From Gammaproteobacteria bacterium (GTDB taxonomy: Bacteria > Pseudomonadota > Gammaproteobacteria > Steroidobacterales > Rariloculaceae), in the NCBI GenBank assembly GCA_035548835.1, contig DASZSB010000155.1, positions 20,929-84,928 of the forward strand: a stretch of 64,000 nucleotides of DNA, given 5' to 3'. Below, piece by piece: positions 50,470 to 59,099 of this stretch (its first letter is position 1; each line of letters opens with the position of its first letter). Made by a program: the position numbers and the translations under genes. Below the pieces are notes generated by a model, which was given only the letters and a program-made list of their open reading frames with translations, searched no databases and was not told the origin of the DNA.

Positions 50470-51282
50470 TCAGGCGCGAACTCCGCGGCCGTAGTTCAGC
50501 AGCAGCAGCACGGCCGCGAACAGCGCGACCGCAAACCCGAGCATGATCGCGTAGGCCAGGCCGATCGGAATGTCCGACGTACCCAGCATGCCGTAGCGGA
50601 ACGCGTTGACCATGTAGAGGATCGGGTTCGCGAGCGCCACCTTCTGCCAGAACGGCGACAGCAGCTTGATCGAGAAGAACACGCCGCCGAGATACGTCAG
50701 CGGCGTCAGCACGAACGTCGGAATGATCGAGATGTCGTCGAACGACTTCGCGAAGATCGCGTTGAAGAGCCCCGCGAGGGAGAACACGACCGCAACCAGC
50801 AGGATCGTCGTGAACGTGATGAGGGGATGTGCCACGTGCAGATCGGCGAAGAACATCGCCACGACCACGACGAGCGCGGCGACGAGCAGCCCGCGCACCA
50901 CCCCGCCCACGACGTAGCCCACGACGATCGTGGTGTAGGCCAGCGGCGCGACGAGCATCTCCTCGAGATGCAGCATCAGCTTGCTCGAGAAGAACGAGGA
51001 CACCACGTTCGCGAACGAGTTCGTGATCACGGCCATCATGATGAGGCCGGGCGCGATGAACGTGGTATACGCCACACCGTCCATCGTGCCGATCCGCCCG
51101 CCCACGAGGCTGCCGAAGATGATGAAGTACAGCGTCATCGTGATGGCGGGCGGCACGATGGTCTGGATCCAGATGCGCACGACGCGCCGCGACTCCTTGC
51201 GCGCGATCGTCGAGAGACCGATCAGGTTGATGCGCCAGAGATTCGGGGCCGCCGTGCGGCCGACAATCGTTGCGTCGTTCAT
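50470..51282 (-). CDS. yadH: ABC-2 permease (YadH-like)
   Basis: IWIQTIVPPAITMTLYF, FIAPGLIMM, TPLTYLGGVF; ATGA overlap. Confidence 0.9.
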   Translation of the reverse strand: MNDATIVGRTAAPNLWRINLIGLSTIARKESRRVVRIWIQTIVPPAITMTLYFIIFGSLVGGRIGTMDGVAYTTFIAPGLIMMAVITNSFANVVSSFFSSKLMLHLEEMLVAPLAYTTIVVGYVVGGVVRGLLVAALVVVVAMFFADLHVAHPLITFTTILLVAVVFSLAGLFNAIFAKSFDDISIIPTFVLTPLTYLGGVFFSIKLLSPFWQKVALANPILYMVNAFRYGMLGTSDIPIGLAYAIMLGFAVALFAAVLLLLNYGRGVRA

Positions 51283-52214
51283 GCGGAGCGGCGGTCCTCT
51301 TTGTCTTTGTCGTGCACGAGCCGGATGAAAAGCTCCTCGAGCCGGTTCGTCTTCGTGCGCATGCTGGCCACGTGCAGCGACAGGGCCGAGAGCTGCGCGA
51401 ACGCATCGTTCAGCCCCTGCCCCTTCGCCACCTCGACCTCGATCTCGTGCTCGTTGCGCAGCTGCGTGGGGTAACCCGCGAGCACCGGCGCTGCGCCGAC
51501 CGGCTCCTTCAGGCTCAAAACGAACGTCTCGACCTGCAGTTTGCCGATCACGTTCTTCATCGTGTCGTTCTCGATGATGCGGCCTTCGTCGATGATCGCG
51601 ATGTTGCGGCAGAGGCTCTCGGCCTCCTCGAGGTAGTGCGTCGTCAGGATGATCGTGACGCCGGCCGCGTTGATCTCGCGCATGAAGTCCCACATCGAGC
51701 GGCGGATCTCGATGTCCACGCCGGCCGTCGGCTCGTCCAAGATCAGGAGACGCGGCTCGTGCACGAGCGCGCGCGCGATCATGAGCCGCCGTTTCATGCC
51801 GCCCGAGAGCGTGCGCGCCACGCCCAGGCGCTTCTCCCACAGGTGCAGCGCCTTCAGGTACTTCTCCGCGCGCTCGCGCGCGACGTGCGCAGGCACGCCG
51901 TAGTAGCCGGCCTGGTTGATCAGCGTCAGGTCGTTGCGCTCGAACATGTTCAGGTTGACTTCCTGCGGCACGACGCCGATGCAGGACTTCGCGGCCTCGC
52001 GCGCGGTCTCGAGATCGTGGCCGAACACCTGCACGGTGCCGCCCGACTTGCGGACCAGCGAGGTGATGATGCCGATCGTCGTGGTCTTGCCGGCGCCGTT
52101 CGGGCCGAGCAACGCGAAGAAATCTCCCTCGCGGACCGTCAGGTCGATGCCCTTCAGCGCTTCCACGCCATTGCCGTAGACCTTGCGCAGGCCCTTGATG
52201 ACTAACGCGTCCAT
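51279..52214 (-). CDS. yadG: ABC ATP-binding protein (YadG-like)
   Basis: GPNGAGKTT, LSGGMKRRL, LDEPTAGVD, TTHYLEEAE. Confidence 0.92.
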   Translation of the reverse strand: MDALVIKGLRKVYGNGVEALKGIDLTVREGDFFALLGPNGAGKTTTIGIITSLVRKSGGTVQVFGHDLETAREAAKSCIGVVPQEVNLNMFERNDLTLINQAGYYGVPAHVARERAEKYLKALHLWEKRLGVARTLSGGMKRRLMIARALVHEPRLLILDEPTAGVDIEIRRSMWDFMREINAAGVTIILTTHYLEEAESLCRNIAIIDEGRIIENDTMKNVIGKLQVETFVLSLKEPVGAAPVLAGYPTQLRNEHEIEVEVAKGQGLNDAFAQLSALSLHVASMRTKTNRLEELFIRLVHDKDKEDRRSA

Positions 52215-52298
52215 GGATTCCTTAGCCTAAGCCCGCGCTCCGCGGGCGGCTATTGTAAATGCGGCGCCGGCCGCCGCAACGAAACGCGCGCGGGTGGC

Positions 52299-52874
52299 TT
52301 AAGCGACGGGACGCGCCGGCCGGCGTCGCGGCCAGTCGCGCGCGAGCCGCGGCTGCAGAGCCAGGAGTGTCAGCTGGCGCCTGGATTCCGGCCGCGTATC
52401 CGTCAGCAGGCTGCACCAGAGCCTCTCCGTCTCAGCGAACGCGCACGTCAGCACGCCCGGGACGCAGGCGAGCCGCTGCACGTCCAGCAGACTCATGGAA
52501 CGCAAGACCTGAATCTGGGCGACCTCGAGACCAAGCGAGAAGCGCGCCTGGTACGGGCTCTGGCGGCTCGTCTGCCGTGCCGCGAGCAGGATCGACAGCG
52601 CAAGCTCGCGTTGACGGGCATCGCTCTGGCCGCCGGCAGAGACGTCCTGATGGTCGACGAGCGGCCACTCGAATTCGACGCGGAACAACGCGTGGGGGAA
52701 CGCCGCGACGGCGTCGAGCAGGCGGCCGTCGGCGGAGAGCAGGGCAGCGCACGCGCCTTCCGGGAACCCGAGGCAATCGCCCTCGGTGCGGACGCGAAGC
52801 TGCAGCAGATCCAGGAACAGCCGGTTGAGCTCGCGAAGGTGGTCGAGATGCTCGCGGTGGGCGTCAGCGGACAT
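52299..52874 (-). CDS. Tandem FlhD-like protein
   Basis: Two repeats resembling FlhD (N/L..L..A....A.F.LG......L..L.......LA.......FRF); divergent from the FlhC-like gene. Confidence 0.65.
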   Translation of the reverse strand: MSADAHREHLDHLRELNRLFLDLLQLRVRTEGDCLGFPEGACAALLSADGRLLDAVAAFPHALFRVEFEWPLVDHQDVSAGGQSDARQRELALSILLAARQTSRQSPYQARFSLGLEVAQIQVLRSMSLLDVQRLACVPGVLTCAFAETERLWCSLLTDTRPESRRQLTLLALQPRLARDWPRRRPARPVA

Positions 52875-52985
52875 GGCTTGTTAACCTTAATTTCGGCGGT
52901 TTTGCCATATATGGTCCTAAAATACCATTAGTGGCAAATGTAGGCTAACCTCGCGAATGTTGCCGAAATGGGGGGAAAGGGGAAC

Positions 52986-53558
52986 ATGAGGGCAACCGAC
53001 GACCGTTATCGCCGCGAGCAGGCGCGCTTTCAGCTCGCCATGAAGCTGATCGAATACGAGGCTCGAACGGGCACGATCCGCTACCTGACGGGCCTGCAGG
53101 ACGATCGCATCCGCAAGCTGTACACCACGTACTTCAAACACGGCACGCAGCCGGTCAGGCGCCGCCGCGGGCGCTCGCCGACGCGGGTGGGCCCGCTGGT
53201 GCGCACGCCGCAACGTGCACTCGAGTCCGGCGTGTTCGCACATCTGCTGCTGGCGAACGGCCTGTTCTGCGTCGATGAGCCACCGGGACCGAACCTCAAA
53301 GCCAACGTCGAGCTCGGCCACCGTCTCTGCGAGTGCTTCGAGAGCTTCCAGGTGGTCGTGCCGCACCATTCTCTGTCGTTCGAATGGGGCTGGAACCTGC
53401 TGCAGAGCATCCGCCGGGGCGACGAGCTCGGCATCGCACGCTGCGAGGATTGCAGCCTCTGTTACGTCTTCGACCTGCTGTCGCTGCCGCGCGCGGCGTG
53501 CCCGGCGTGCCTGTGGTTCGAGGGCCGCGGCGTGCCGAGCGAGCTCCTATCGGCCTGA
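52986..53558 (+). CDS. FlhC-like transcriptional activator
   Basis: 190 aa; QLAMKLIEYEAR...TGL..DRIRKLY, W.L, C-terminal CEDC...CPAC zinc site as in FlhC. Confidence 0.75.
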   Translation: MRATDDRYRREQARFQLAMKLIEYEARTGTIRYLTGLQDDRIRKLYTTYFKHGTQPVRRRRGRSPTRVGPLVRTPQRALESGVFAHLLLANGLFCVDEPPGPNLKANVELGHRLCECFESFQVVVPHHSLSFEWGWNLLQSIRRGDELGIARCEDCSLCYVFDLLSLPRAACPACLWFEGRGVPSELLSA

Positions 53559-53797
53559 GGCAGACGCGGCCGAGGCCCCTCGGCGGGCCAGGGCGCTGCA
53601 CAACTTTGTTGTCTGCGAGAACCAGACGCCGAATCGGTCGCCGTGACAACCACGGTGACCGGATCGGATCGAGACGAAACACGGCGCGATCATCCAGCAT
53701 CGGCAACTCTATCTCGCGACTGCTGGTCAGGCGTTCGCATCATCCTGGGGCTCGCGGGCCGCGGCGGCGTACCATGCGGGGCTCTATCGGCCTGAGG
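53547..53797 (+). repeat. 14-bp direct repeat CTATCGGCCTGAGG flanking a hairpin-rich segment
   Basis: Exact copies at 53547-60 and 53784-97. Confidence 0.75.
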
Positions 53798-53809
53798 TGG
53801 ACCGGCTCC

Positions 53810-54559
53810 ATGTGTCTCGTGGTCGTCGCACGCGCGGCAACGGCGCGCTACCCGCTCGTGATCGCGGCGAACCGCGACGAGCGGCATGCGCGGGCCACGC
53901 GACCGGCCGGCTGGTGGCCCGAACCGCCGGGCTTGCTCGGCGGCCGCGACCTCGCCGCCGGCGGCACCTGGCTCGGCGTGGACCGGCGCGGGCGGATTGC
54001 CGCCGTCACGAACGTGCGCGACGGCACGCCGCGCGAGGCAGCGCCCTCGCGCGGTGGCCTCGTGACGAGCTATCTAGGCAGCGATTCAGCGGCCGCCGAG
54101 TTCGCGACGGCGCTCGACGCTGCCGCCGGGAGCTTCGCGGCGTTCAACCTGCTGCTCTGGGACGGCACGGACCTGCGCTACGCGAGCAATCGCGCGCCGG
54201 CCGCAGTGCTCGGCGCCGGCGTGCACGCGCTCAGCAACGCACCGCTCGGCGTGGAGTGGCCGAAGACCGCGACCGCGCGCAGCGGCGCGACGCGACTGCT
54301 CGCGAGCAGCGACCCGGTCGGCGGCCTGTTCGACCTGCTCGCGATGCGCAGCGCCGCCGCGACAGCCGAGGAACGCTATCGCAGCGCTCACTTCGTCATG
54401 GGGCCCACGTATGGCACGCGCTGCTCGACCGTGATCCTGGTCGACGCCGCGGGTACGGTGACGTTCGCGGAGCGCTCGTTCGACGAGGCGGGCGAGCCTA
54501 CGGGGGAAGTGCGCGAGACGTTCGCCGTCGCGCCGGAATCAGGCAACGCGCCTCGCTAG
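53810..54559 (+). CDS. NRDE/TANGO2-family protein
   Basis: MCL, AANRDE, RDLAAGGTWLG, TNVR, YGTRCSTVI. Confidence 0.92.
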   Translation: MCLVVVARAATARYPLVIAANRDERHARATRPAGWWPEPPGLLGGRDLAAGGTWLGVDRRGRIAAVTNVRDGTPREAAPSRGGLVTSYLGSDSAAAEFATALDAAAGSFAAFNLLLWDGTDLRYASNRAPAAVLGAGVHALSNAPLGVEWPKTATARSGATRLLASSDPVGGLFDLLAMRSAAATAEERYRSAHFVMGPTYGTRCSTVILVDAAGTVTFAERSFDEAGEPTGEVRETFAVAPESGNAPR

Positions 54560-55210
54560 CCACACCGCGATCGCGGCGATCTCCTCCACGCACACGCTGT
54601 GCGGCATGGGGTACACGTGGAACTCCACGGCGTAGCCCAGCGCCTCGAGCGTACGCCGCGAGCCTTCGGCGAGGGCCAGAGGCAGCAACGGGTCCGCCGT
54701 GCCGTGCGCCAAGAAGATCGGCACGCCGGCATTCGCGGCGCTGCGCTCGGCCGGCAGCGTCTCGCCGAGCGGCAGGTAGGTCGACAGCGCCATGACGCCC
54801 GCGAGCGGCCGCGGCTCGCGCAGCGCCGCGTGTAGCGCTATGGCCCCGCCCTGCGAAAACCCGGCCAGCACGATGCGCGACGCCGCGATGCCGCGCGCGA
54901 TCTCGCGATCGATGAGCCGCGTGACGGCGGCCGCGCTCTCGCGGATGCCCGCCGCATCCTGCTGCACGTTCAATCCGAACCCCACGATGTCGTACCAGGC
55001 GCGCATCTCCATGCCGCCGTTCACGGTGATCGGGCGAATCGGCGCATGCGGAAAGATGAAGCGCGCGGGGAAGCGCAGACCGAGCTCCGGCACGATCGGC
55101 TCGAAGTCGTGGCCGTCGGCGCCGAGTCCGTGCAGCCAGATGATCGCGAGCTCGGGGGAGTCGCCGGTGGCGATTTCGACGGTCGGAAGCAGCGGCGGAG
55201 TCGAGCTCAT
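54539..55210 (-). CDS. Phospholipase/carboxylesterase
   Basis: WLHGLGADG, MRAWYDI, GFSQGG, HGTADP, MPHSV. Confidence 0.93.
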   Translation of the reverse strand: MSSTPPLLPTVEIATGDSPELAIIWLHGLGADGHDFEPIVPELGLRFPARFIFPHAPIRPITVNGGMEMRAWYDIVGFGLNVQQDAAGIRESAAAVTRLIDREIARGIAASRIVLAGFSQGGAIALHAALREPRPLAGVMALSTYLPLGETLPAERSAANAGVPIFLAHGTADPLLPLALAEGSRRTLEALGYAVEFHVYPMPHSVCVEEIAAIAVWLARRVA

Positions 55211-55228
55211 CGGAGTCTAATTCTGCCT

Positions 55229-55265
55229 ATTGCAAATTTGCGCATACGGCCTACTATATGCGCAA
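55229..55265. promoter_or_regulatory. Putative ArgR operator
   Basis: ARG-box-like ATTGCAAATTTGCGCATA (55229-46); inverted repeat TTGCGCATA / TATGCGCAA (55238-46, 55257-65). Confidence 0.55.
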
Positions 55266-55290
55266 TTTTTTCCACGGCCTTTTCGCGAAA

Positions 55291-55761
55291 ATGCCCACCG
55301 CGACTCTCGAACAGACCGAGCGGCGCCGAGCTATTGCCCGGCTCCTCGAGGATCACCCGATCCAACGGCAGGCACAGCTCGTCGAGCTGCTCAAGGCCGA
55401 GGGCTATCCGGCCACGCAGTCGAGTGTGTGCAGGGATTTGCGGGATCTCGGGGCGATCAAGCAGAAGAACGGTTACAGCTTGCCGAAGCCCGCCGAGGTA
55501 AGCAACGGCGAAACGTTGCAGGTCGTGGCGGAGTTCGTGCGCGACATCCGGCCCGCCGGGCCGAACCTGCTCGTCATCATGACCGAGGTCGGTGCCGCCC
55601 AGCGCGTCGCCGTCACGCTCGACCGCATCGGCTGGCCGGAAATCGTTGCGACGCTGTCCGGCGACGACACGATCTTCGTGGCCACCGAGAGCGCGAACCA
55701 ACAGCGCCGGCTGCGCAGCCGGTTACGACAACATCTGACTCTGAAGAAGGCATCTCCATGA
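55291..55761 (+). CDS. argR: Arginine repressor
   Basis: 156 aa; TQSSVCRDL HTH; TLSGDDTIF arginine-binding motif. Confidence 0.9.
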   Translation: MPTATLEQTERRRAIARLLEDHPIQRQAQLVELLKAEGYPATQSSVCRDLRDLGAIKQKNGYSLPKPAEVSNGETLQVVAEFVRDIRPAGPNLLVIMTEVGAAQRVAVTLDRIGWPEIVATLSGDDTIFVATESANQQRRLRSRLRQHLTLKKASP

Positions 55762-56963
55762 CTGCTGCTAAACCGATCGTTCTGGCGTTCTCCGGCGGGC
55801 TCGACACGTCGTTCTGCATTCCCTGGCTCAAGGAGACCTACAACCGCCCGGTCGTGACCGTCACGGTGAACTGCGGCGGCATCGACGCCGCGGCCGCGCG
55901 GCAACTCGAGGAGCGCGCGAAGGCGCTCGGCGCGGTGGAGCACCACCTGATCGAGGCGCGCGCGGAGTTCTTCGACAAGGTCTTGAAGTACCTGGTCATG
56001 GGCAACATCCGCCGCGGCAACATGTACCCGTTGAGCGTAGGCGCCGAGCGCGGGCTGCAGGCGAAGTACCTGGCGCAGCTGGCGAAGCAGCTCGGCTCGG
56101 ACACCGTGGCGCATGGCTGCACGGCCGCCGGCAACGACCAGGTGCGCTTCGAGATCGTGCTGAAGGCCGTGGCGCCCGAGCTCGTGATCCTCGCGCCCGT
56201 GCGCGATCACGCGTGGCAGCGGCCCGCGCAGGTCAAGTTCCTCGAGGAGCGCAAGCTGCCCGTGCCGACGCGCGGCTCTGCGTACTCGACGAACCGCGGC
56301 CTCTGGGGTGTGACGATCGGCGGCACCGAGACACTCGACTCGAAGGGCAGCATCCCCGAGTCGGCCTGGGTCCTGTCGGCAGGGGCGCTGGACAAACCGC
56401 TGCCGTTCAGTGAGGTCGAGGTCGAGTTCGAACGCGGCGTGCCCGTGGGGCTCGACGGCAAGCGGCAGGACGCGGTGACGCTGATCGAGACGCTCGAGGC
56501 CGTCGGTGCGAAGTACGGCATCGGCCGCGGCATTCACCTGGGCGACACGATCATCGGCACCAAGGGCCGGGTGGCGTTCGAGGCGCCGGCCGCGGAGATC
56601 CTCATCAACGCCCACCGCGAGCTCGAGAAGCTCACGCTGACGCTCACGCAGACGCAGGCGAAGGAGCCCGTGAGCCAGCTCTATGGGCAGCTGATCCACG
56701 AAGGCAAGCAGCTCGACCCGGCATGCCGCGACATCGAGGCGCTGTTCACGTCGTCGCAGGCGCGCGTGACCGGCAAGGTCCGCGTGCAGCTGCGGCCCGG
56801 CAGCCTGTTCGTGCTGGGCGTCACCTCGCCGCATTCGCTGATGGCCGCGAGCCGGGGCAAGTACGGTGAGGCGGCCGGCGAATGGACGGCGGCCGACGCG
56901 CTCGGTTTCTCCAAGATCATGGCGTTGCCCGGGATGTTCCACACCCGGGCCGGAGGGCAGTGA
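55758..56963 (+). CDS. argG: Argininosuccinate synthase
   Basis: LAFSGGLDTS, HGCTAAGNDQVRF, GRGIHLGDTIIGTKGRVAFEAP. Confidence 0.95.
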   Translation: MTAAKPIVLAFSGGLDTSFCIPWLKETYNRPVVTVTVNCGGIDAAAARQLEERAKALGAVEHHLIEARAEFFDKVLKYLVMGNIRRGNMYPLSVGAERGLQAKYLAQLAKQLGSDTVAHGCTAAGNDQVRFEIVLKAVAPELVILAPVRDHAWQRPAQVKFLEERKLPVPTRGSAYSTNRGLWGVTIGGTETLDSKGSIPESAWVLSAGALDKPLPFSEVEVEFERGVPVGLDGKRQDAVTLIETLEAVGAKYGIGRGIHLGDTIIGTKGRVAFEAPAAEILINAHRELEKLTLTLTQTQAKEPVSQLYGQLIHEGKQLDPACRDIEALFTSSQARVTGKVRVQLRPGSLFVLGVTSPHSLMAASRGKYGEAAGEWTAADALGFSKIMALPGMFHTRAGGQ

Positions 56964-56964
56964 C

Positions 56965-58038
56965 ATGCGCTCGGTACTGGTCGACAAGATCGCTTCGGTC
57001 GCGCTGCAAGCCGACTTGGGACAGGAGATCCGCGTCGCGGACGACATTCCGTGCGAGGAAGGCGTGTTGATCGCGTTCGAGGTACTGAACAACAAGTCGC
57101 GCTACAACACGATCGAGCTCACGAGCGGCCGCATGGCCGAGGTCAAGAAAGGCGACGTCGTGGTCGGCGCGCTCGGGCATCGCAAGGCGCTGTTCGGCTA
57201 CTCGGGCCACCTGCCGACCGAGCTCAAGCCCGGCGACATCGTGCAGCTGCTGAACTTGGGCGGCGTGGTCGGCATCTGCGACTCGATCAATCCGGCGCAC
57301 GGCGAGCCGTTCGACTGCCGCGTGCTCGGCGTCGTGCTCGACTTCCCGTATCTCGGCCAGCGCGTCGGCGTGCCGGCGCGCGTGGCGGCCGAGCCGCTGA
57401 AGATCGACGTGCCGCTCGTGAAGCACGGCGTGCCCGTGGTCGCCATCGCGGGCACCTGCATGAACTCCGGCAAGACGGCGGCCGCGTGCGCGATCGTGAG
57501 CCGGTTCCGGCACAACGGCATCGTCGTGGACGCGTTCAAGTCGACCGGCGTCGCGCTGCGCCGCGACATCCTGGCGATGGAAGATTCGGGCGCGCGCCAC
57601 GTGGCCATGTTCTCGGACTTCGGGATCGTGGCGACGACGTCGAAGAATGCGCCGGCGCTCACGCGCAATCTGTTGAACGAGCTCGGCGAGCAGAAGCCCG
57701 ACGCGATCGTGTTCGAGCTCGGCGACGGCCTGCTCGGCGCCTACGGCGTCGAAGCCATCCTGCGCGACAAGGAGGTCGTCAATTCGATCACGGCCATGGT
57801 GTTGTGCGCGAACGACCCCGTGGGTGCCTGGGGCGGCGCGAAGCTGCTGCGCGAGGAGTTCGGCATCGAGCCGACCGTGATCTCGGGGCCCGCCACGGAC
57901 AACCAGGTGGGGATCGACATCATCAAGGAACGCGCGAACGTATCGGCCTTGAATGCCATGACGCATGCGGCCGAGCTCGGCGACCTGCTGCAGTCCGCGA
58001 TCGGCCTGGGATCGCGGACCGCGAAGGCAAGCGCATGA
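56965..58038 (+). CDS. DUF1611-like P-loop protein within the arg operon
   Basis: 357 aa; KGDVVVGALG.R, GTCMNSGKT P-loop, KSTG, FELGDG; 1 nt after the argG stop and ATGA-coupled to argC. Confidence 0.7.
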   Translation: MRSVLVDKIASVALQADLGQEIRVADDIPCEEGVLIAFEVLNNKSRYNTIELTSGRMAEVKKGDVVVGALGHRKALFGYSGHLPTELKPGDIVQLLNLGGVVGICDSINPAHGEPFDCRVLGVVLDFPYLGQRVGVPARVAAEPLKIDVPLVKHGVPVVAIAGTCMNSGKTAAACAIVSRFRHNGIVVDAFKSTGVALRRDILAMEDSGARHVAMFSDFGIVATTSKNAPALTRNLLNELGEQKPDAIVFELGDGLLGAYGVEAILRDKEVVNSITAMVLCANDPVGAWGGAKLLREEFGIEPTVISGPATDNQVGIDIIKERANVSALNAMTHAAELGDLLQSAIGLGSRTAKASA

Positions 58039-59099
58039 GCGCGCCAAAGCCCGTTCCGACGATCGTGCTCGGCGGCTCCGGCTACGTGGCCGGGGAATTC
58101 CTGCGCCTGCTGCACGCGCACCCAGGCCTCTCGCTCGGCGGCGTCGTGTCGTCGAGCCAGGCCGGCGAGGCGGTCGCGAAGACGTTCCCGCACCTCGCAC
58201 CGGCGTTCCCGAACCATACGTTCGTATCGCTCGAGGCCATGATCGAGCGGCTCGGCACCGCGCCGAAGTGGCTCGTACTATCGGCCGCGCCGCACGGCGC
58301 CTCCGCCGGGCTGATCGACAAGCTGCTGACGGCGGGCGCCACCGCCGGCGTCGAGATCGTGGTCGTCGACGCTTCGGCCGACTTCCGCTTCCCCGAAGCC
58401 GAAGCCTGGGCGGCCGTGTACGGCCACCCGCATGCGACGCCGCAGCGACTCGCGGAATTCACGTGCGCCGTCCCGGAACAGCTGAAATCCGTCGACACGC
58501 CGCACGTGGCTCACCCCGGCTGCTTCGCGACCACGATGCTGCTGCCGATCGTGCCACTGGTGGCGCTCGGCGCGGCCGACGAGTTCTTCGTCAGCGCCGT
58601 CACGGGCAGCACGGGCGCCGGCCGCACGCCGCGCGATACGACGCACCATCCGCTGCGCCAGAGCAACATGTTCGCGTACCAGGCGCTGAAACACCGGCAC
58701 GAGCCGGAAGTGCGCTCGCTCATCAAGGCTGCGACCGGCCGCGACGTGGCGCTGAACTTCGTGCCGCACTCGGGGCCGTTCGCGCGCGGCATTCACGCGA
58801 CGATCTTCCTGAAGCCGAAGGAGCGTCTGACCGCGGCGCAGATCAACGATGCGCTGCGTGAGTACTATCGCGGCAGCGAGTTCGTGCGCGTGGAGGCCGA
58901 GCCGCCGAAGATGAAGGACATCGTGGCGACGAACTACGCGGCGATGCACGCCGTGGCGAACAACGACACGATTGCGGTGTTCTCCGTGACCGACAACCTG
59001 CTGAAGGGCGCCGCGGGTGGCAGCCTGCAGTGGGCGAACCGGTTGCTCGGGATGCCTGAGACGATGGGTCTGACTGCACCTGCAGCGGGGTGGTTGTAA
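58035..59099 (+). CDS. argC: N-acyl-gamma-glutamyl-phosphate reductase
   Basis: GGSGYVAGE, HPGCFAT, SAVTGSTGAG, HRHEPE, DNLLKGAAG. Confidence 0.93.
   Translation: MSAPKPVPTIVLGGSGYVAGEFLRLLHAHPGLSLGGVVSSSQAGEAVAKTFPHLAPAFPNHTFVSLEAMIERLGTAPKWLVLSAAPHGASAGLIDKLLTAGATAGVEIVVVDASADFRFPEAEAWAAVYGHPHATPQRLAEFTCAVPEQLKSVDTPHVAHPGCFATTMLLPIVPLVALGAADEFFVSAVTGSTGAGRTPRDTTHHPLRQSNMFAYQALKHRHEPEVRSLIKAATGRDVALNFVPHSGPFARGIHATIFLKPKERLTAAQINDALREYYRGSEFVRVEAEPPKMKDIVATNYAAMHAVANNDTIAVFSVTDNLLKGAAGGSLQWANRLLGMPETMGLTAPAAGWL

Noticed and set aside
52299-53558. Naming the pair flhD/flhC as true flagellar regulators
   Set aside because: Divergent layout, doubled FlhD and no motility genes nearby; only the fold similarity is supported
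53547-53797. Glycine riboswitch (two CTCAGG on minus), RNase P or tmRNA
   Set aside because: GGAGA/CCGAAG cores, GAGGAAAGTCC and a tmRNA tag or tRNA-like ends are absent
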